DNA of 64,000 nt from an uncultured Gammaproteobacteria bacterium (GTDB lineage Bacteria > Patescibacteriota > Microgenomatia > UBA1406): assembly GCA_964414145.1 (NCBI GenBank), contig CAYPVH010000002.1, forward strand, positions 59,369-123,368, in the 5' to 3' direction. The notes beneath the pieces are model-generated. The model had not been told where the DNA came from, did not search any database, and worked only from the letters and a program-made list of their open reading frames with translations. Position 1 is the first letter of the stretch; every line of letters begins with the position of its first letter. Both the position numbers and the translations under genes were made by a program. This document shows positions 61,228 to 64,000 of the stretch, one piece after another.

Positions 61228-61635
61228 ATGAAAGGGTTAATTCGTAGCTTGGTGTTTTACACAGTCTCAATCTATCTTATTAGCTTATTGGTTCCCGGTT
61301 TTAAACTTAACTTAAACTTGTATGGTTTGTTAATTTGTGGCGCAGTTTTAGCTTTTCTTTTTATTTTTATTAATCCATTTTTTAAATTTTTATTATTGCC
61401 TATAAATATATTAACGATGGGTTTATTTTCCTTTTTTTCTCAAGTATTAACCTTCTTTGTTTTTCTCAAATTATTCCCTAAGCAAATAATTATTGAGAGT
61501 TGGAATTTATCTAGTTGGAGCTACTCACCGCTTGGATTAAATATAGACTCGTTAATTGTAAGTCCTTTTGTTACAATACTAATTGCAACAGTTCTTATTA
61601 GTTTAATTGTATCAATTTTGTCAATTTTATTATGA
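61228..61635 (+). CDS. DUF360 / phage-holin-family-4-like small polytopic membrane protein
   Basis: 135 aa. LISLLVPGFKL...FINPFFKFLLLPINILTMGLFSFF matches the YvlD/DUF360 pattern. Confidence 0.5.
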   Translation: MKGLIRSLVFYTVSIYLISLLVPGFKLNLNLYGLLICGAVLAFLFIFINPFFKFLLLPINILTMGLFSFFSQVLTFFVFLKLFPKQIIIESWNLSSWSYSPLGLNIDSLIVSPFVTILIATVLISLIVSILSILL

Positions 61636-61850
61636 AAAATCTTTTCTTAATAGTCTATGCGTTAGTGGCGGTGTCTGTTATTGTTCTGGTATTGCTACAA
61701 GGTAGGGGTGGGGGGTTAGGCAGCGCGTGGGGAGGCGGTGGAGGAGAGTCATTTTCAACCAGAAGAGGGGTAGAGAGATTTTCGTTCATTTTAACGATAG
61801 CTTTAGTAGGTTTATTTTTATTGCTGTCAATTGCCTACTTGTTTATATGA
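61632..61850 (+). CDS. secG: Preprotein translocase subunit SecG
   Basis: 72 aa with two TMs flanking a G-rich loop: VLVLLQGRGGGLGSAWGGGGGESFSTRRG. Confidence 0.85.
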   Translation: MKNLFLIVYALVAVSVIVLVLLQGRGGGLGSAWGGGGGESFSTRRGVERFSFILTIALVGLFLLLSIAYLFI

Positions 61851-63211
61851 GGGTAATTTTTAAAAGTACTCGCTATTATTACTGGTTAATTTCTGGTTTT
61901 TTTCGAAAGTATTCAAAAATTACAGTAATTGTGTTTGTGATTGCTTTTTTTGCGATTCTTTTTTCCCGATCGGTAGTTGACTCGCTTACGTATGTTTTTA
62001 CTTTAAAGAAAATAAAAATCGGATTGCTAGAACAACGAACCAGAGAAAGAATTCCACCCTCTGTTTTAACAAAAATATCTATGCCCATTGTGGATTTGGA
62101 TAAAAAAAATAATTTTAAACCAGGGTTGGCAAAAAAATGGATAGTATCAGATGGTGGTAAAAAATACCGGTTTATTTTCCCAGATAAACTGGCATGGAGA
62201 GACGGGATGCCTTTCAAGGTTCAAGACATTGATCTGGCACAATTTGATTTTACCAATATAAAGGTTGAGTATATAAACGACAAAGAAATATTGTTTTTGC
62301 TTGAACAGCCATTGTCAAACTTTCCTGGACTGCTAACAGTTCCGGTAATAAGAAGTGATTTGGTTGGAATAAATGGGCAGTACAAAATTTCTAGAATAAA
62401 GCGAGAGTATGGAGAAATAAGAAGCATTACCCTGCTTCCCAACGAATCAGGCTTACCGGTACTTGTATACAAACTTAATAATACTCAAGATGATTTAATT
62501 CTCGCTTACAAAATGGGCGAGGTTGACTTTATTGTTACAAATAACCAAGTAATGTCGGATACTTTTAAAAAGTGGCGTAATACAAAAATTGAAGAAAGTA
62601 TAGATTATCAGAAAATAGTAACCATTTTTATTAACACACAAAAAACTCCATTTGATAACAGAAACCTAAGAAGTGCTATTGCACTGGGTATTGATTATTC
62701 GAAATTAGAAATGTTTGGCCCTAGGGCTTTTTCTCCGATAAGTCCTATATCTTGGGCGTATAATCCTTCTGTTAGAGAACTAAACTTTGAACCGGAAATT
62801 AGTGCCAGTTTAGTTGAAAAAAATAACAGTACAGATAAGTTGGTAAAACTTTATTCACCCTACGAACTTAATAAAGTTGCCGAAATAATTAGAAAAGACT
62901 TGAACAATACCGGTTTAAATGTGGAAGTGAAATACTCTAATTATTTACCAAGTGACTATGACTTATTTTTAACAATTTGGGAACTACCCCAGGATCCGGA
63001 TCAATATATATTTTGGCACCAAACGCAAAAGCTAGGAAATTTTAGTAAGCTTAAAAATTTGAAGATAGACAAAGCTTTGGAAGATGGGCGGAGTGTAATT
63101 TCTAAAAATACCAGACGAGAAATATATTATAAATTTCAAGATACGATAATTGAAGAAGTGCCAGCAGTATTTTTGTTTTTCCCTAAACAATATTCAATTA
63201 TTCGAAAATAA
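61847..63211 (+). CDS. Membrane-anchored family-5 (peptide/nickel-type) ABC substrate-binding protein
   Basis: From ATG 61847 (ATGA overlap with secG): an N-terminal TM (ITVIVFVIAFFAILF), then GLAKKWIVSDGGKKYRFIFPDKLAWRDGMPFKVQDI, the typical SBP_bac_5 opening. The track start at 61727 lies inside secG. Confidence 0.7.
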   Translation: MRVIFKSTRYYYWLISGFFRKYSKITVIVFVIAFFAILFSRSVVDSLTYVFTLKKIKIGLLEQRTRERIPPSVLTKISMPIVDLDKKNNFKPGLAKKWIVSDGGKKYRFIFPDKLAWRDGMPFKVQDIDLAQFDFTNIKVEYINDKEILFLLEQPLSNFPGLLTVPVIRSDLVGINGQYKISRIKREYGEIRSITLLPNESGLPVLVYKLNNTQDDLILAYKMGEVDFIVTNNQVMSDTFKKWRNTKIEESIDYQKIVTIFINTQKTPFDNRNLRSAIALGIDYSKLEMFGPRAFSPISPISWAYNPSVRELNFEPEISASLVEKNNSTDKLVKLYSPYELNKVAEIIRKDLNNTGLNVEVKYSNYLPSDYDLFLTIWELPQDPDQYIFWHQTQKLGNFSKLKNLKIDKALEDGRSVISKNTRREIYYKFQDTIIEEVPAVFLFFPKQYSIIRK

Positions 63212-63214
63212 ATC

Positions 63215-63916
63215 ATGTCAACTTTATTTGTTGTTGGTTTGCCAATTGGTAACATCGGTGACATTACTCAAAGAGCTTTAGTAAAGCTTAGCGAATTAAG
63301 GTATTTAATTGTAGAAGATTCGCGTTCCGCCGGAAAAATTATTCGGATATTGGCACAGCAGAACCCAGAAATTAAGTTTAAAGACAAAGAATACATTACT
63401 TCTTATAAAGGAAGTTCCAGTAATAAATTGGATCAGATTAAAAGTATTCTAGATAATGGCAATGATATTGGTTTAATTTCAGACGCCGGTATGCCTGCAA
63501 TTTCAGACCCTGGGAGCAAAATTGTAGATTACATTAGGCGTACAAATCACCAAATTTCTGTACTACCCGGCCCAAGCGCAATGGTTTCAGCTTTAAGCTT
63601 ATGTGGTTTTGCAAGCTACAATAGTATTTTTATTGGTTTTTTGCCAAAGAAAAAAAGTGAGATTAAAAAAGTATTTGAAAAATTTATCGGTTTAAAGGTT
63701 AAGGGTGGCCAAAATATTGTTTTTTTTGAAAGCCCCAAAAGAATTCAAAGTACTATTTTATTATTAAAAGAAATGGTTCCTGACGAGAAAATATTTATTG
63801 GTAGAGAGTTAACTAAAATTTACGAAGAACTGATTTGGAAACAATTAAGCCAAATAAATACCAGTAATTTAGTAACAAAAGGGGAATACGTTGCGGTGCT
63901 AAACATTAGAAAGTGA
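63215..63916 (+). CDS. rsmI: 16S rRNA (cytidine1402-2'-O)-methyltransferase RsmI
   Basis: LFVVGLPIGNIGDITQRAL...LIVEDSR...SDAGMPAISDPG...PGPSA...FESPKR (tetrapyrrole-methylase-fold RsmI pattern). Confidence 0.88.
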   Translation: MSTLFVVGLPIGNIGDITQRALVKLSELRYLIVEDSRSAGKIIRILAQQNPEIKFKDKEYITSYKGSSSNKLDQIKSILDNGNDIGLISDAGMPAISDPGSKIVDYIRRTNHQISVLPGPSAMVSALSLCGFASYNSIFIGFLPKKKSEIKKVFEKFIGLKVKGGQNIVFFESPKRIQSTILLLKEMVPDEKIFIGRELTKIYEELIWKQLSQINTSNLVTKGEYVAVLNIRK

Positions 63917-63922
63917 TATAAT
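63914..63922 (+). promoter_or_regulatory. Putative extended -10 box TGaTATAAT, 6 nt upstream of ATG 63929
   Basis: The sequence reads agTGaTATAATatgcacATG. The TGA is also the rsmI stop codon. Confidence 0.3.
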
Positions 63923-63928
63923 ATGCAC

Positions 63929-64000
63929 ATGATACAAGACAAAATAAAACAAGACTTAATTGCGGCACAAAAAGGTAGAAGAACGGTTGAGGTATCTGTT
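63929..64000 (+). CDS. GatB/YqeY-domain protein, 5' end only (runs off the right edge)
   Basis: Not in the ORF track. MIQDKIKQDLIAAQKGRRTVEVSV resembles the YqeY N-terminus (..L..D.K.AMK.KD...L..LR). An alternative in-frame ATG lies at 63923. Confidence 0.45.
   Translation, partial: MIQDKIKQDLIAAQKGRRTVEVSV

Noticed and set aside
61228-61635. A 'phage holin family' membrane protein as a sign of a prophage
   Set aside because: It is a DUF360/YvlD-type housekeeping-like membrane protein sitting between uvrC and secG. There are no integrase, terminase, capsid or att-like repeats anywhere in the window.

Overview
AT-rich, very gene-dense bacterial window. It uses the standard genetic code: long conserved genes are intact, and TAA, TAG and TGA all act as stops. 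The gene content fits a small-genome organism with a Gram-positive-type envelope (sortases, an LCP ligase, no outer-membrane genes). A CPR/Patescibacteria-like origin is my inference only.

Backbone genes:
- A long minus-strand cell-wall and division block (29.5-16.3 kb): sugar nucleotidyltransferase, yvcK, dgkA, mraY, murD, ftsW, murG, ftsQ, ftsA, ftsZ, ileS, rodA, tRNA-Val.
- rplU-rpmA, lepB, topA, rpsT, murJ, mltG and an LCP-family gene.
- An hrcA-grpE-dnaK-dnaJ-like operon with a CIRCE-like operator.
- uvrB, then uvrA and uvrC with a transglutaminase-like gene wedged between them, then secG and rsmI.

Accessory content is dominated by surface-display genes:
- 4.8-15.5 kb: an island with a Crp/Fnr regulator, a giant (2286 aa or more) SdrD-B/Cna-B-repeat adhesin, a sortase, a membrane-anchored SNase-type nuclease, and a second sortase.
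- 34.7-38.1 kb: a PilN/PilO-like pair followed by two proteins with IPxTG sorting signals.

Most interesting observations:
1. The adhesin's LPATG sorting signal is internal and is followed in frame by a second complete surface-protein module.
2. The second sortase is fused behind its own LPKTG-bearing module.
3. The adhesin has no signal peptide. The upstream ORF supplies one and joins the adhesin frame at an A5 tract.
4. A 20-nt palindromic box (19/20 identical) sits in both island promoters.
5. A perfect TGTGA-N6-TCACA box overlaps the start of the Crp-family gene.
6. Operon-first genes recurrently have a -10 box 6-9 nt upstream of the ATG, suggesting leaderless mRNAs.

All domain calls come from reading the translations by eye. 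No database search was run.
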